A stretch of DNA of 64,000 nucleotides from Achromobacter sp. GTDB lineage: Bacteria > Pseudomonadota > Gammaproteobacteria > Burkholderiales > Burkholderiaceae_B. The notes beneath the pieces were generated by a model. It searched no databases. It worked only from the letters and a program-made list of their open reading frames with translations, and had not been told where the DNA came from. Of this stretch, positions 1-13,359 are shown piece after piece. The position numbers and the translations under genes are program-made. Each line of letters starts with the position of its first letter. The first letter of the stretch is position 1. The stretch is taken from positions 55,113-119,112 of the forward strand of contig NZ_DAMDGT010000002.1 of the NCBI RefSeq assembly GCF_032102605.1, read 5' to 3'.

Positions 1-500
1 ACCTCACCCTGACGGCGCAACATCAGCGCGAGCAAGGAAAATTCTTTCGCGGTCAAATCAAGTCTGACTCCCGCACGGTGAGCCTTGCGACGGGCTAGAT
101 CCAACTCTAAGTCGTCCAGTCGCAAAAGCGTGGATTCTTGCCCTCGGCCGCGGCGCAGCAATGCTTGTATCCGAGCAAGGAGCTCCGAAAACGCGAATGG
201 CTTTACAAGGTAGTCGTCCGCTCCACCCTCCAAACCTCGAACGCGGTCTTCCACCTTATCGCGCGCCGTCAACATGAGCACAGGCGTGTCCTTAACCCGG
301 CGCAGGTCGCTCAAGATACCGAACCCGTCGATACCGGGAAGCATGACATCCAGCACTATCAGGTCGTAGCTGTTCTCCAGTGCAGCATGCCTGCCGTCTG
401 TCCCGTCCAGTGAAACGTCGACGACGTAGTTGTGTTCCCTCAATCCCTTCTGAAGATAGTGCGCGAGCTTGCGCTCATCTTCGATGACCAGAATACGCAT
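1..500 (-). CDS. OmpR-family heavy-metal response regulator (CusR/CopR/CzcR-like); C-terminus runs off the window
   Basis: Own translation from ATG at 500-498: MRILVIEDERKLAHYLQKGLREHNYVVDV...DLIVLDVMLPGIDGF...LMLTARDKVEDRVRGLEGGADDYLVKPFAFSELLARI...LTAKEFSLLALMLRRQGEV. This gives a receiver domain plus the start of a winged helix. It is absent from the ORF track because no stop lies inside the window. Confidence 0.85.
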   Translation of the reverse strand, partial: MRILVIEDERKLAHYLQKGLREHNYVVDVSLDGTDGRHAALENSYDLIVLDVMLPGIDGFGILSDLRRVKDTPVLMLTARDKVEDRVRGLEGGADDYLVKPFAFSELLARIQALLRRGRGQESTLLRLDDLELDLARRKAHRAGVRLDLTAKEFSLLALMLRRQGE

Positions 501-515
501 AGTCCACCCCAATTC

Positions 516-531
516 ATTGCATAAATGTAAT
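516..531. promoter_or_regulatory. Inverted-repeat operator candidate ATTGCA-TAAA-TGTAAT
   Basis: Imperfect palindrome in the divergent promoter region between the regulator (1..500, -) and the DUF4148-like gene (621, +). Same pattern as the boxes at 13159, 15575 and 19693. Confidence 0.45.
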
Positions 532-620
532 CAGGCAGTCCGGGTCATGTCAGGACAGCCCGCGTAGAGTCCAGCTTGTAAGACGACCACGCCGTTGAAC
601 TCAGAACCCAAGGACTATTT

Positions 621-974
621 ATGCGCACTCGTAAATCAATCACTTCACTTATTGTGACCGCGGCAGCGCTCGGGCCGGCCATCGCCGGCGCATCCACTAC
701 CTTCGAAGTTACCAACGACGAAATCGGCGTTGCGACACATTATGCGCCCTCTGCTGTCACACGAGAGCAGGTCGCTCAAGACCTGGCAGCTTGGAAGAAG
801 CGCCCCTTTGCGGCCGATGGATGGACATTGACCGACGGCGAGGAGGGGTGGACCGCCGCCTTCGGAAGAGGCAAGGCACCGGGTGACCGACACAGCATTC
901 TGTCGCGGACGTCCCATCCACACTGGCAAGCTGTGGACGGTGAAGCCGGTTGGGTCAATGCCCTCGGAACTTGA
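621..974 (+). CDS. Small secreted protein, DUF4148-like
   Basis: Signal peptide (LIVTAAALGPAIAGAST) followed by a TREQVAQDLAAWKK motif. N-terminal region TFEVTNDEIGV resembles the paralog at 19266..19601 (TFHNANTEIGY). Confidence 0.55.
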   Translation: MRTRKSITSLIVTAAALGPAIAGASTTFEVTNDEIGVATHYAPSAVTREQVAQDLAAWKKRPFAADGWTLTDGEEGWTAAFGRGKAPGDRHSILSRTSHPHWQAVDGEAGWVNALGT

Positions 975-1162
975 GGCACGACGCTTCCTCCATCGCACTC
1001 AGAATTGTGATCGCACCGCGGTCCATCTCTGCGGAGTTCTCCAGCGGCATCCTCGAAGCGAAGCCAAAGGAAGAGCCTGGATCAACCGTAGACCGTTCAC
1101 TGGAGGTCCGGCGCTGTGCGATGGAAAGCTCGTTTTCGCCGGCCAGCGGACGTCTATTCACT

Positions 1163-1564
1163 ATGAGAAATCTTATGAATCGCTTCACTCTTTCCCTTCT
1201 CGTCTCTGTGCTTTCGGTCGGCATGGCGTCCACTGCATACGCACAGTCGAAGACCCGAGAGCAGGTCCTGCAAGAATTGCAACAGGCTCGGGCGGCCGGG
1301 CTGATTACGTATGGCGAGCAGGCTTATCCGCCCGCCTTTTCGCAACTGAGTACGAAGACGCGCGCCCGGGTCGGTGAGGAATTGCGCGAGGCGAAAGCTG
1401 CTGGGCTTGTGAACAACGCGGAACAAGCCTATCCGCCGGCGCTTCTCGAGACGTCGTCCCAGTCCAAACCTCGCGGGGAAATTCGCGCGGAACTGGATGC
1501 CGCCAAGGCCGCCGGCCAGATCTCTTTCGGTGAACTGGACTATCCTCCGGACACTAACGGGTAA
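1163..1564 (+). CDS. Secreted protein with three tandem DUF4148-type repeats
   Basis: In-frame ATG at 1163 gives MRNLMNRFTLSLLVSVLSVGMASTAYA (signal peptide). Three repeats follow: TREQVLQELQQARAAGLITYGEQAYPPAF / TRARVGEELREAKAAGLVNNAEQAYPPAL / PRGEIRAELDAAKAAGQISFGELDYPPD. The 950-start extension in the ORF track has no protein-like character. Confidence 0.7.
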   Translation: MRNLMNRFTLSLLVSVLSVGMASTAYAQSKTREQVLQELQQARAAGLITYGEQAYPPAFSQLSTKTRARVGEELREAKAAGLVNNAEQAYPPALLETSSQSKPRGEIRAELDAAKAAGQISFGELDYPPDTNG

Positions 1565-2151
1565 CTACTTGGCTCTTGGCTCGCACAGCGTGCGGAGCAC
1601 GGCGAGGGTGCGTTTGTTGGGTTTAACTGGTTCGGTGCACACAGGGGCTGAACTCATGGCAAGCCTCCGCGACTTGCTAGTGGAATGGAGCGTGGACGAA
1701 CTCCCGACTTGCACCCATCGCTCTGTGGCAGCATCATCAACTTCGGCTCATTTCGTATCCACGCGCATCTCTTTGGCCAAAAGCGGGAGAAGGTCGAAGT
1801 TGCTTCGGCTTTGTGCTCTTCAACAATCACCTAATTCGTACTCGGCCGCCGGGCAAAGCCCCGCGCAGCCGTCGCCAGATCGTGAGCGACCATTTGGGTG
1901 GGACGAGCACAGCCTCGTTCCTAGTGCCTAGCCGATGAGAAAAGCGCACCCGCAGCGGCGCGATTGGGCCAACCATCAAAGGATGTGGCGAGAGACTCGT
2001 TCGCTTCACTGCCCACCTCGATAGGGCTACGGAGCCGCGCTAGGTGGCAAAGGTGGTCGTCGGCCCCCGATTCGCGCGGTGGTGGTATGAGATTTGCTGC
2101 GCAAGGTCCGCTGCCCACGATATGGACAGCACCAACTTTCTTGGAAAAATC

Positions 2152-2580
2152 ATGGACCATTTTAAAATTTCACTCTATGCGCGCACCGGAGTGGTCTGCC
2201 GCTTGGTCGCCCTACTACTGGGAGCTAGCATAGCCACCATTCCTTTCGCCGCCCCAGCTCAAACGGCAGCTAGCCCAGAGAATCGACCGACAATGGGGTC
2301 AAACCCCTCAAAGGCCGATACTCCCGCCGATATGCGGGATTCAATGATGAATATGCAAAAGCGCATGAACGCATTTGAAGCCTCGGGCGATCCAGATCGA
2401 GACTTTGCAGCCATGATGCGCATGCATCATATGGGAGCCGTGGACATGGCCGAATTCGAACTCAAGCATGGAAAAGATCCAGAGATGAGACAAATGGCAA
2501 AGGAGATCATCACGGCGCAGAAAAGCGAAATCGCAAAATTTGACGCCTGGTTGGCAGCACACAAGGGGCGCGCGAAGTAG
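2152..2580 (+). CDS. DUF305-family periplasmic protein (metal-resistance associated)
   Basis: Signal peptide (LVALLLGASIATIPFAAPA) followed by DRDFAAMMRMHHMGAVDMAEFELKHGKDPEMRQMAKEIITAQKSEIAKFDAWL, typical of DUF305. Start chosen at MDHFK and is uncertain (2122 is also possible). Confidence 0.7.
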   Translation: MDHFKISLYARTGVVCRLVALLLGASIATIPFAAPAQTAASPENRPTMGSNPSKADTPADMRDSMMNMQKRMNAFEASGDPDRDFAAMMRMHHMGAVDMAEFELKHGKDPEMRQMAKEIITAQKSEIAKFDAWLAAHKGRAK

Positions 2581-3301
2581 ATTTCGTGCGCAGGTTCGAT
2601 GTAACGTCGATAATTTTCAACTTTGTCTCGAAAGCCGCCCCAGCTCAGCTGTCACCGGGGCGAGTGCGCTTGCAGAGGTTGAAGCGTCTTCTACGGGCCT
2701 CGGCCATCGCCGGGCGGCGCCGGGCGCGAGGCCAGCGAGGCGACCAATTTAGACGCACCTCGAATCAGTCGCCGTTGCCCCCTGCAGCCATCGCGCAGAA
2801 TTCGCCGCCCGCGGTTCGCCCGGCGCCGGCGCAAGTCACGATCGGGCGTTCTCAAGAGTTGTGCGAAGGGTTCATAGTCAGTTCGATAAACCGAATATCA
2901 AACCCGATGAACTTGGACAGCCCTTCTGCCCGTTATGACGTGACGCAGGCCGTGCGCGGCGCAGGCTGTGCGTTGGTGAATACCAGCATGAATAATGAAA
3001 GCGGGGTCGGAGCCGGCGTCCGCTCGTTGATGCGCCGTGGGGACACGATCGGTTCCCGCATGCACGCCCTTCAGTCGCAGCAATGCTGAAACGCGCCATT
3101 GAGAGGCGAACGGCAGCAATGGGTCGGAAGCGGACCGCCACGAGGGGCTGCAACCGGCCAGAAACGGTCGATAGAGACTTGCCATTTCGTGCGAATGCGT
3201 CCTTCGCCACGACGCCCATAAGCATCACTAGCGCATCCAACTTGCCACTCTCCAGGACTAGAGTCAGTGCGGAGCTATTCGAGAAGCCCCAAAATTCAAC
3301 T

Positions 3302-4504
3302 TTACAGTCCAACACCAGCTTGATCCGGCTCCAGATTAAGCCACTCAAGATAGGCACTCTCCATAGCTTTAGCCATTGCCGCCACACTGAACCTTTCCCT
3401 GAGCACAAAGTTCGCTCGGCCAGCTTCGCCAAACTGGTTGCGCAGTCTGCTGTCTACAATCAGCTTACCGATCACCGAACGGAGTATCAACCGATCGAAA
3501 GGGAGCACCACATATCCCGAAACACCGTTCTCGACGACCTCCGGTATACAACCAACTGCCGTGGCAACAACTGGTACACCGCAAGCCAATGCTTCGACAA
3601 ACGTGGATCCCAATACCTCATACTCCGGTACCATTGCGTAAATATCAACCGTGCATAACAGATCACGAACGCATACGCGGAAATCTGGAAAGTGGATTCT
3701 TCCTATCAACCCAATTTCGAGCGCACGTCTCCTTAGTTGGTCGAGTCGGGGCTCGTGCAGGCCACCAAGCACTAGGTGAACTTCTGGGTGGACCTCCATC
3801 AATGGATACATCGCCTCGACCAGGATTCGAAGGCCGTGCGCATCCCGATCGTCGGCAACGTTTCCAATGACAATTGCATCTTCAGGAATCCCGAGTTCTT
3901 GGCGCGTCGAACTCGCCACTGGCCTCAGACACTGGACATCCAGGCCTGTAGGAATAGTCCGTACACGCTGCTCGAGATACCCTCGGTCGAGGTATCGCTG
4001 GCGCTGGTAAGTACTTACGGTAATCACATGATCGCTTACCAAGTTGCGGAGTCGCGGCACGTGCTTCCGACTTTCCCTATGATGTGTTCTCACGACCAGA
4101 CGTGTTCGCGCTAAACGCGCGAACAGCGCGGCGCGCAGATCATCTGCCACTGAATGAGTGTTGACGACGTCATAGTCTCCTCCACACACTATTCCGCCGA
4201 TGCGAAACGGACTCACGGCAGAAGCGATCTGCCCATCCACCTCAATGTAGTGCGTTGTAAAGCCGTGATTTTGCGATCGCCGCCCTAGCTCAGACCTTGC
4301 TGCGCAAACAACCTCGAGCATATGGCCGCGTTCACGCATGGCGAGCATCTCATTGAGGATACGCAACTCTTTGCCACCGAAGCCGCTGGACAGGCTCACG
4401 TGCAGAACCCTCAGGCGAGACCGCGAACGGGGCCCGGCGGGCGCGCGACCAAGAAACGCGAAGGTACGTTGATACTTCATTAGCGCTGACAAAACCTTAG
4501 CCAT
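3302..4504 (-). CDS. Glycosyltransferase family 1 (GT4-type, GT-B fold)
   Basis: 400 aa with SSGFGGKE N-terminal motif and C-terminal E-x7-E-like region (PEYEVLGSTFVEALACGVPVVATAVGCIPEVVENGVSG). Its start overlaps the stop of the upstream GT39 gene. Confidence 0.8.
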   Translation of the reverse strand: MAKVLSALMKYQRTFAFLGRAPAGPRSRSRLRVLHVSLSSGFGGKELRILNEMLAMRERGHMLEVVCAARSELGRRSQNHGFTTHYIEVDGQIASAVSPFRIGGIVCGGDYDVVNTHSVADDLRAALFARLARTRLVVRTHHRESRKHVPRLRNLVSDHVITVSTYQRQRYLDRGYLEQRVRTIPTGLDVQCLRPVASSTRQELGIPEDAIVIGNVADDRDAHGLRILVEAMYPLMEVHPEVHLVLGGLHEPRLDQLRRRALEIGLIGRIHFPDFRVCVRDLLCTVDIYAMVPEYEVLGSTFVEALACGVPVVATAVGCIPEVVENGVSGYVVLPFDRLILRSVIGKLIVDSRLRNQFGEAGRANFVLRERFSVAAMAKAMESAYLEWLNLEPDQAGVGL

Positions 4505-5942
4505 TTATTTTGTAAAGCGTATAGCGACGACTTTTAGAGATCGGCACCAACCGCTCTCTCACGCTTTCGTCGATTAAGAACTCCTTTCCGTTTGGAAGTG
4601 CTACAAATGCAGCTTCACCCTTCTCCAAAGACAGCTTTTCCAACTCGCTCGGAACAATTAGCTCAGCCGTGCCGCCCGAATAGAATCGCGCCGAGAAAGG
4701 CCGGCTATACACAAAGTAAAGCTTCTGACCTTCACTCATCTGAGATTTGGCGACGGCCACTAATTGCTTCTCTGTTTTGAGCTTTGTGGGCGCCGTAAGC
4801 GAGACCAGCCCGAGACTAATTGCCGCTGTTGGCACTAGTGCTCCCGTGATTACCAAGATCCGGGCTAGACGCGGCACCGCTTCTGCAGGCGATAGTTCTT
4901 TGGCGAGCATTGCAAGAAGCAGCGCAAAAGCTGGCAGACTGGGCAACACGTACGTCCAGAGTATGTTTCCAGAGAAGGTGAAGAAGGTCGGAGCGGCAAC
5001 GGCCCACAGCGCCAAGTAACCGACGACTGGCGACCGACACGCCTGACGAGCCCGTGCCCTGCGAGAGGCATTAGCCACTACCCAAACCCCTAGCAGAATC
5101 CCGGCCCATCCCCATGGGAACGAAGCCAGTAGCCACTCAATCCAAATGCTGCCAAAGGGTCGCTCGTGCGCAGTACCATACAGATCTCCCTGCCAACCCG
5201 CGTCTACGAACCGCAGGAAGTGCTCACCCACTAAAAAGTACTGGACGAATCCGGGGGTCTTTAGCTCAGCGCAGATGTACCAGGGAACGGTCAGAGCGAG
5301 CATCACCAACGTGCCTGTTAACCAAGGAAGATTGGTCAGGTGCACCATACGATCTCGGCGAAGCGCAAGCCAAGGAACGAGGACTATCGCCACGAGGACG
5401 AATGCGAGGGGCCCTTTCGACAACAGGCCAATTGCCATGCCCACAAAGAGCCCATAACGCCAGAATGGTGTCGGCGCTGTCGGCGCGATAAGGAACGCCA
5501 ACATTGAATAGGTGATCCCTAGCGCAAAAAAGGAATCCGTGAGCACAGCGCCGGCCGCGGCGAGCGGTAGCAGCATGGAAGACAGTATGATCGTGGTCCA
5601 TCGAGCAGCCTGTCGATCAACCAAGATAGCGGTCGCTCGGTAGAGGACTGCTGCGAGCGCAACCATCGCCAGGAATGAGGGGAATCTGACCGCGAATTCG
5701 GATCCGCCAAGGATCCTTATCCCCATCGCTTGGCTCCAGAATGAGAGCGGAGGCTTTCCCCAAAAAGGAACTCCAGGTTCGAACCAAGGAGTGATCCAAT
5801 CTCCGGTTTCCACCATCAGTCTCGCTATCTCAGCATATCTCGGCTCCGAGGTATCGATCAGTGGCATCGCAGCCATTGAAAAAAGCCGAGCAATAGCGAT
5901 GCCTGCCAGCCCCCAAAAGAACCACTTAGCCTTCAACTGCAT
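4497..5942 (-). CDS. ArnT/PMT-like glycosyltransferase family 39 (polytopic membrane protein)
   Basis: N-terminal DTSEPRYAEIARLMVETGDWITPWF...PFWGKPPL motif of ArnT/PMT_2 enzymes and about 11 predicted TM segments. Start moved to MQLKAKWFFW (5942) to reduce overlap with the GT2 gene. Confidence 0.8.
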   Translation of the reverse strand: MQLKAKWFFWGLAGIAIARLFSMAAMPLIDTSEPRYAEIARLMVETGDWITPWFEPGVPFWGKPPLSFWSQAMGIRILGGSEFAVRFPSFLAMVALAAVLYRATAILVDRQAARWTTIILSSMLLPLAAAGAVLTDSFFALGITYSMLAFLIAPTAPTPFWRYGLFVGMAIGLLSKGPLAFVLVAIVLVPWLALRRDRMVHLTNLPWLTGTLVMLALTVPWYICAELKTPGFVQYFLVGEHFLRFVDAGWQGDLYGTAHERPFGSIWIEWLLASFPWGWAGILLGVWVVANASRRARARQACRSPVVGYLALWAVAAPTFFTFSGNILWTYVLPSLPAFALLLAMLAKELSPAEAVPRLARILVITGALVPTAAISLGLVSLTAPTKLKTEKQLVAVAKSQMSEGQKLYFVYSRPFSARFYSGGTAELIVPSELEKLSLEKGEAAFVALPNGKEFLIDESVRERLVPISKSRRYTLYKING

Positions 5943-6960
5943 TTTTCGTTTGAATCCCGGCGTGATGTGAGGCCATCTGCGTGGCTTTTTCGAGCACATC
6001 GCGCACTATGAAGATCGGACGCTGCTTCGTCTCCATGTATCCTTTTCCAACGTATTCGCCCAACAGCCCAATCGTCAGAAGCTGTATTCCACTTAGGAGG
6101 GTGATCATGGCTGTTAGTGATGGATAGCCAGGCACGTCGTGACCGAATACGATAGTTTTTAAAATTATCCAGAGGCCAAACGTGCCACCTGTCAACGCGA
6201 CAACCGCTCCTACGCCAGTGGCCCAGCGCAGCGGAGCAGTTGAGAATGAGGTAATGCCCTCAAGGGCGAGACCGAACAGCGCAAAGTAGTTCCATTTGGT
6301 CTTGCCAGCGGCCCTGGGCGCGCGGTCATAATCGATCACTTTGGTCGGGAACCCGATCCAAGCATAGAGACCTTTCATGTAGCGGCACCGCTCCGGCATC
6401 TGGAGCAAGGCCTCTACGGCCCTACGACTCATAAGTCTGAAATCGCCGGTGTCTGCGGGAATCCTCGACCGGCTCAAGCGACTCATGATTCGGTAGAACG
6501 CATAAGCAGACAAGCGCTTCGCGAAACCTTCACCCTCACGCTTGCGCCTGCGCATCGATACGACATCGAATCCCTCCTGCCATGCCTTGACCATTTCGGG
6601 AATCAGTTCCGGAGGGTCCTGCAGGTCGGCATCCAACATGATCACTGCCTCACCCCGCGCATGCGCCAGACCAGCACTCATCGCTGCCTCTTTCCCGAAA
6701 TTTCTACTCAGGCGAACCACTCTAACTCCAGGATCTAGCTGAATCAGCGCAGTCAAGAGCAACACGCTTTTATCCGTGCTTCCGTCGTCCACGAAGACAA
6801 TCTCGTAGGGTAGAGCTAGCTTGCCGAGAATCTCTTTCAGCTTCGCGTGACAGATTGGCAAGACATCTTGCTCATTCAAGAACGGAATCACAATCGAGAT
6901 CTGAATCGCGTTCTCCGCTCTTATATCGGCTTCAGCGGGGCCTGGTGGCAATGTAAACAT
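5926..6960 (-). CDS. GT2 polyprenyl-phosphate glycosyltransferase (ArnC/GtrB-like)
   Basis: ISIVIPFLNEQDV...VFVDDGSTDKS...DADLQDPPE motifs plus two C-terminal TM helices, as in ArnC/GtrB/DPM1-type enzymes. ATG at 6960; the track start at 6993 is a TTG. Confidence 0.8.
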   Translation of the reverse strand: MFTLPPGPAEADIRAENAIQISIVIPFLNEQDVLPICHAKLKEILGKLALPYEIVFVDDGSTDKSVLLLTALIQLDPGVRVVRLSRNFGKEAAMSAGLAHARGEAVIMLDADLQDPPELIPEMVKAWQEGFDVVSMRRRKREGEGFAKRLSAYAFYRIMSRLSRSRIPADTGDFRLMSRRAVEALLQMPERCRYMKGLYAWIGFPTKVIDYDRAPRAAGKTKWNYFALFGLALEGITSFSTAPLRWATGVGAVVALTGGTFGLWIILKTIVFGHDVPGYPSLTAMITLLSGIQLLTIGLLGEYVGKGYMETKQRPIFIVRDVLEKATQMASHHAGIQTKNAVEG

Positions 6961-7092
6961 GGGATCTAACCACTGGGTATCGAAGGCTGCCAATTTACGT
7001 AAGTCCGCTCGACAATTATCGAACCTTGTAATTACATTTCCGCAAGCTTGGAGGACATCAGGTCCCGCCAGGCTTGCGAAAGTTCAGGCTTA

Positions 7093-10254
<3,162 letters not shown>

Positions 10255-11733
10255 TCAATGCGCGTGGTCTGCCGTTGCCTTGCCCAACTCGGACTTCAGC
10301 ACGAAAGCATTGGAGCTGACGTAGCGTGTTCCGGCACTGAGGCCTGACACAATCTCCGCACTCTTATCTGTCGTCGCGCCTAACTTGACGGGCTGGGGGA
10401 GGAATCCCCCGGGAACTTCGATGAACACCGTAGGTTGTCCGTTTACATCCTGGATGGCGTCGCTCTCCACGGCTACTCCAACATCATTTCGCTCCACCAC
10501 GACATTGACGGAGACGAACAGCCCAGGCCGCCACGCCATGTTGGGATTCTTCAGCGTCACCCTCGCAGTTGCCGTGCGGGTTTGCTGTCCAAGCAATGCA
10601 CCTATATAGGACACTGTGCCGACCGCCTCCTCCGAAAAGGCGGTCGAGGTGACCTTTGCATCTTCACCAACCCGGACATCCCGCAGATCTTTGGGCGCGA
10701 TTACGAATTCTGCCCATACCGTGCTCAGATCCGAGATTGTGAAGATGCTTGACGTGTCGGACAGCGCCTCGCCCAAAGCAATGTGCTTCTCGACAATGAC
10801 ACCATCAAAGGGCGCACGAATCTCAAGAAGATTCAAGTCTTTTGCGGACGGTTCCGCGCCAATTGCCCTGAGCTTCTGAGCCGCATTTTGCACGGCGATA
10901 TCCGCCTCTTGAAGCGCAGTCTGCGCCTGTTGATAGTCCTGTTGGGCCGACACTTGCTCGCGCCACAACTTCAGCTCTCGAGCGTGCGTGGCGGCAGCCA
11001 ATGCCCGGCGCTTCGTCGCAGCAAGCCACTCGCTTCTGAGCTCGGAGAGCGATGCACTTGATATGACCGCCAAGAGCTGTCCTTTTTTCACCTCTTGTCC
11101 CAGATCGGCCGAGACCTGTTGAACGGTTCCTGCGGCCTTCGGCACGACATGCGCAGTGCGATCTGCATTAAATCGGATCTCCCCGGGGAATCTCGTGCTC
11201 GACTCAAGGCTCTGAGCCTTGGCTTCACTTGTGCCAATTCCTGCCGCGGAGATTTGTTCAGGCGTGAGCGCCAGCAACCCCTCCTCTTTGTGCAACTCAG
11301 CGCGGATAGGGTCTGGCCTTCCTGGCAAGGAGACGCTAATTTCCACTTCGAAGAAGTGCGGCTCGGCAATAAGCTGATCGCTGACAAATCCTTCAGCGGC
11401 GGGGGTGAGCTTAAGCACCTTCTCCTCCCCATTCGGCCTTTTCAGAGTCGCGGTTGCCGTCAGGTCTCGTGCACTCATTGGCTTGCCTGCCTCCGCTATC
11501 CAGACCTTTAGCCGCGCCGCCTCGCCTTCCTCAACCAGACCCACCTCAATCGTGTTGTTTCCGTTAGTGGTTACTTCACCCTTATTCGGGCCCACTGCCG
11601 CTTCGGAATGACTTTCCCCTGCGTCGTCAGATGGCCCGGCGAGACTCGGAGCTGGGATTAAAAATTGGAGGGAAAGCGCGACGGCAATGACGGTGCGACG
11701 CCGAACTAGCGTGAAATACGGGCTCATGTTCAT
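10255..11733 (-). CDS. czcB: RND periplasmic adaptor (CzcB family membrane fusion protein)
   Basis: 492 aa with a signal/anchor, a coiled-coil hairpin (LKLWREQVSAQQDYQQAQTALQEADIAVQNAAQKL) and beta-barrel regions. Lies between the OMF and RND genes. Confidence 0.85.
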   Translation of the reverse strand: MNMSPYFTLVRRRTVIAVALSLQFLIPAPSLAGPSDDAGESHSEAAVGPNKGEVTTNGNNTIEVGLVEEGEAARLKVWIAEAGKPMSARDLTATATLKRPNGEEKVLKLTPAAEGFVSDQLIAEPHFFEVEISVSLPGRPDPIRAELHKEEGLLALTPEQISAAGIGTSEAKAQSLESSTRFPGEIRFNADRTAHVVPKAAGTVQQVSADLGQEVKKGQLLAVISSASLSELRSEWLAATKRRALAAATHARELKLWREQVSAQQDYQQAQTALQEADIAVQNAAQKLRAIGAEPSAKDLNLLEIRAPFDGVIVEKHIALGEALSDTSSIFTISDLSTVWAEFVIAPKDLRDVRVGEDAKVTSTAFSEEAVGTVSYIGALLGQQTRTATARVTLKNPNMAWRPGLFVSVNVVVERNDVGVAVESDAIQDVNGQPTVFIEVPGGFLPQPVKLGATTDKSAEIVSGLSAGTRYVSSNAFVLKSELGKATADHAH

Positions 11734-11739
11734 CTCTAT

Positions 11740-12999
11740 TTATTGACCAAGGATGCGATCGATTTCGGCGCGGGCCGAAGCCGCGCGCGACAACGTCGTC
11801 AGGTAGGAAATGTTCCCCTGCGACAAAGTCCGCTGCGCGTCTAGGACTTCCAGATAGCCGACCTTGCCTGCCTCAAAGCCCTTACGCGCGGCGTCGTATG
11901 CTTTCTGCGACGTAGGGATAACGGACTGGCGATAGTCGCTCGCGGAAGACAATGCAAGATCGTACGTAGAGGCGGCGGTCACCAAGTCAGCACTCAGTCG
12001 TGCCTCGAGCTCTCGGTAAGTGTCTTGCGCCTTGTACGTTTGCATGGTGGCGGCATAGACATTCCCCTGATTTCTGTCAAAAATCGGCAATGGCAAGGAG
12101 ACCCCAAGTTGAGCCTTGTTGCGCCCCATTTCATTGTCGCGAGCCAGCCCACCACTTACGGTGATATCGGGATACCGCTTACTCTTCTCGACATTCAATT
12201 CGGCTTTGCTCACTTCCAACGCGAGACGTCCGGCAGCCAATCTCGGAGAGGCCAACAGAGCGCCTCGCAGCTCATCCAGCGTTTGACGTGGCGGAAGATC
12301 CTCAATCTCCGCACGCACTGTCGCGAATTTCGGAGCTGGCTCGTTCCACAGTAATGACAGTTCCCTGCGGGCAACGGTGAGTTCGTTTTCTGCTTGACGC
12401 ACTTCAATCTGCGCCTTGGTAAGCTCGATGTCTGCTTTGTTTCTTTCCAAAGGCGCGGCCTTTCCTGAGTCCACTCGCTTTTGGGCCACGCGCAATGCCC
12501 CAGCCGCTACCTCGGCCATGTCGCGATTGACGCGTACCGTTTCCTGAGCGATTGCGACTGCAAAAAATCGAGACATGACGGACGTCTTTATCTCCGCTCT
12601 CGCAATCTCATAGTCACGGCCGGCCAAATTACTGTTCAGTTGAGCGGCTTCTGTGCGTGCTCGCCGCTTTCCGCCCAACTCAATGGGCATGCTGAGCATT
12701 GCTGTGGTCGTCCGCGTCGAACGCTGTTGGTCGTCGATGCTGACGTCGAGGGAAGGATTGGGCAGCAGGCTTGCCTGCTCCACCAGTCCCTTGGACGCCC
12801 CGAAATTATTCTTGGCTGCCGACAATTGGGGATTCAACGAGTACGCGGCCTTCAGGGCCTCGGACAGCGTGAGGACGTTTGCCGACGCAATCGATGCGTC
12901 TTCCCGGGTGTACTTTTCTGGCGTAGCCTGTGCCCGAGCCTGCGGGCCGCACAGCGCGGCGACCATCAGGAACAATGGAAGCGACTTGAGGCGCATCAT
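11740..12999 (-). CDS. czcC: Outer-membrane efflux factor (CzcC/TolC family)
   Basis: 419 aa with a signal peptide and duplicated OEP repeats. First gene of the C-B-A operon. Confidence 0.85.
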   Translation of the reverse strand: MMRLKSLPLFLMVAALCGPQARAQATPEKYTREDASIASANVLTLSEALKAAYSLNPQLSAAKNNFGASKGLVEQASLLPNPSLDVSIDDQQRSTRTTTAMLSMPIELGGKRRARTEAAQLNSNLAGRDYEIARAEIKTSVMSRFFAVAIAQETVRVNRDMAEVAAGALRVAQKRVDSGKAAPLERNKADIELTKAQIEVRQAENELTVARRELSLLWNEPAPKFATVRAEIEDLPPRQTLDELRGALLASPRLAAGRLALEVSKAELNVEKSKRYPDITVSGGLARDNEMGRNKAQLGVSLPLPIFDRNQGNVYAATMQTYKAQDTYRELEARLSADLVTAASTYDLALSSASDYRQSVIPTSQKAYDAARKGFEAGKVGYLEVLDAQRTLSQGNISYLTTLSRAASARAEIDRILGQ

Positions 13000-13132
13000 T
13001 CAACCTTGCTAGTGTCTGAGGAGATGTTGTTTCCTGAGCCGGGCTATCGCACGTGAGACACAATAGGAACGGCCAAGAGGGATGACCGCCCGTACTGTAT
13101 CCAAGCGCCTTCGTCAGAATCCGGACCCCCAG

Positions 13133-13174
13133 ATGACAATTTTGTAAGGTTGCCGTGCATTACAGATTCGTAAT
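13133..13174. promoter_or_regulatory. Two adjacent operator candidates (ATGACA-ATTT-TGTAAG and ATTACA-GATT-CGTAAT)
   Basis: Two inverted repeats 10 bp apart in the divergent czcC / regulator intergenic region. The first resembles the CusR-type box half sites TGACAA..TTGT (from memory). Confidence 0.5.
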
Positions 13175-13359
13175 CTCGGTGAAGGTAGACTGACGGCTAG
13201 CCTGCCCTAGAATGCGTGCTTCCATTCAAGTGCAAGACGTGCGCGTTTCTGAACACGCAACGTTAGTGGCCATGCGAGCACAAGCTCGCCCACCAAATCC
13301 CGTTTGGCGCCGGCTTCAACACTCAAGGGTGCCAATTACGATTCGAACGGTTGCGGAAC

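Noticed and set aside
950-1162. N-terminal 71-codon extension of the triple DUF4148 ORF, and the overlapping ORFs 883..1377 and 955..1233
   Set aside because: The extension has no signal peptide or protein-like composition. An internal ATG at 1163 gives a canonical signal peptide.
1565-2151. ORFs 1497..1931, 1921..2160 and 1964..2233 between the DUF4148 and DUF305 genes
   Set aside because: The translations are low-complexity with no motifs, RBS or coupling evidence. Left unannotated, although a small real gene cannot be excluded.
2581-3301. About 700-bp gap with ORFs 2586..3089 (+) and 2878..3432 (-)
   Set aside because: Both translations are Arg/Ala/Pro-rich and overlap each other and the GT1 gene end. 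I see no family signature. This may be non-coding or a decayed gene, but it cannot be supported.
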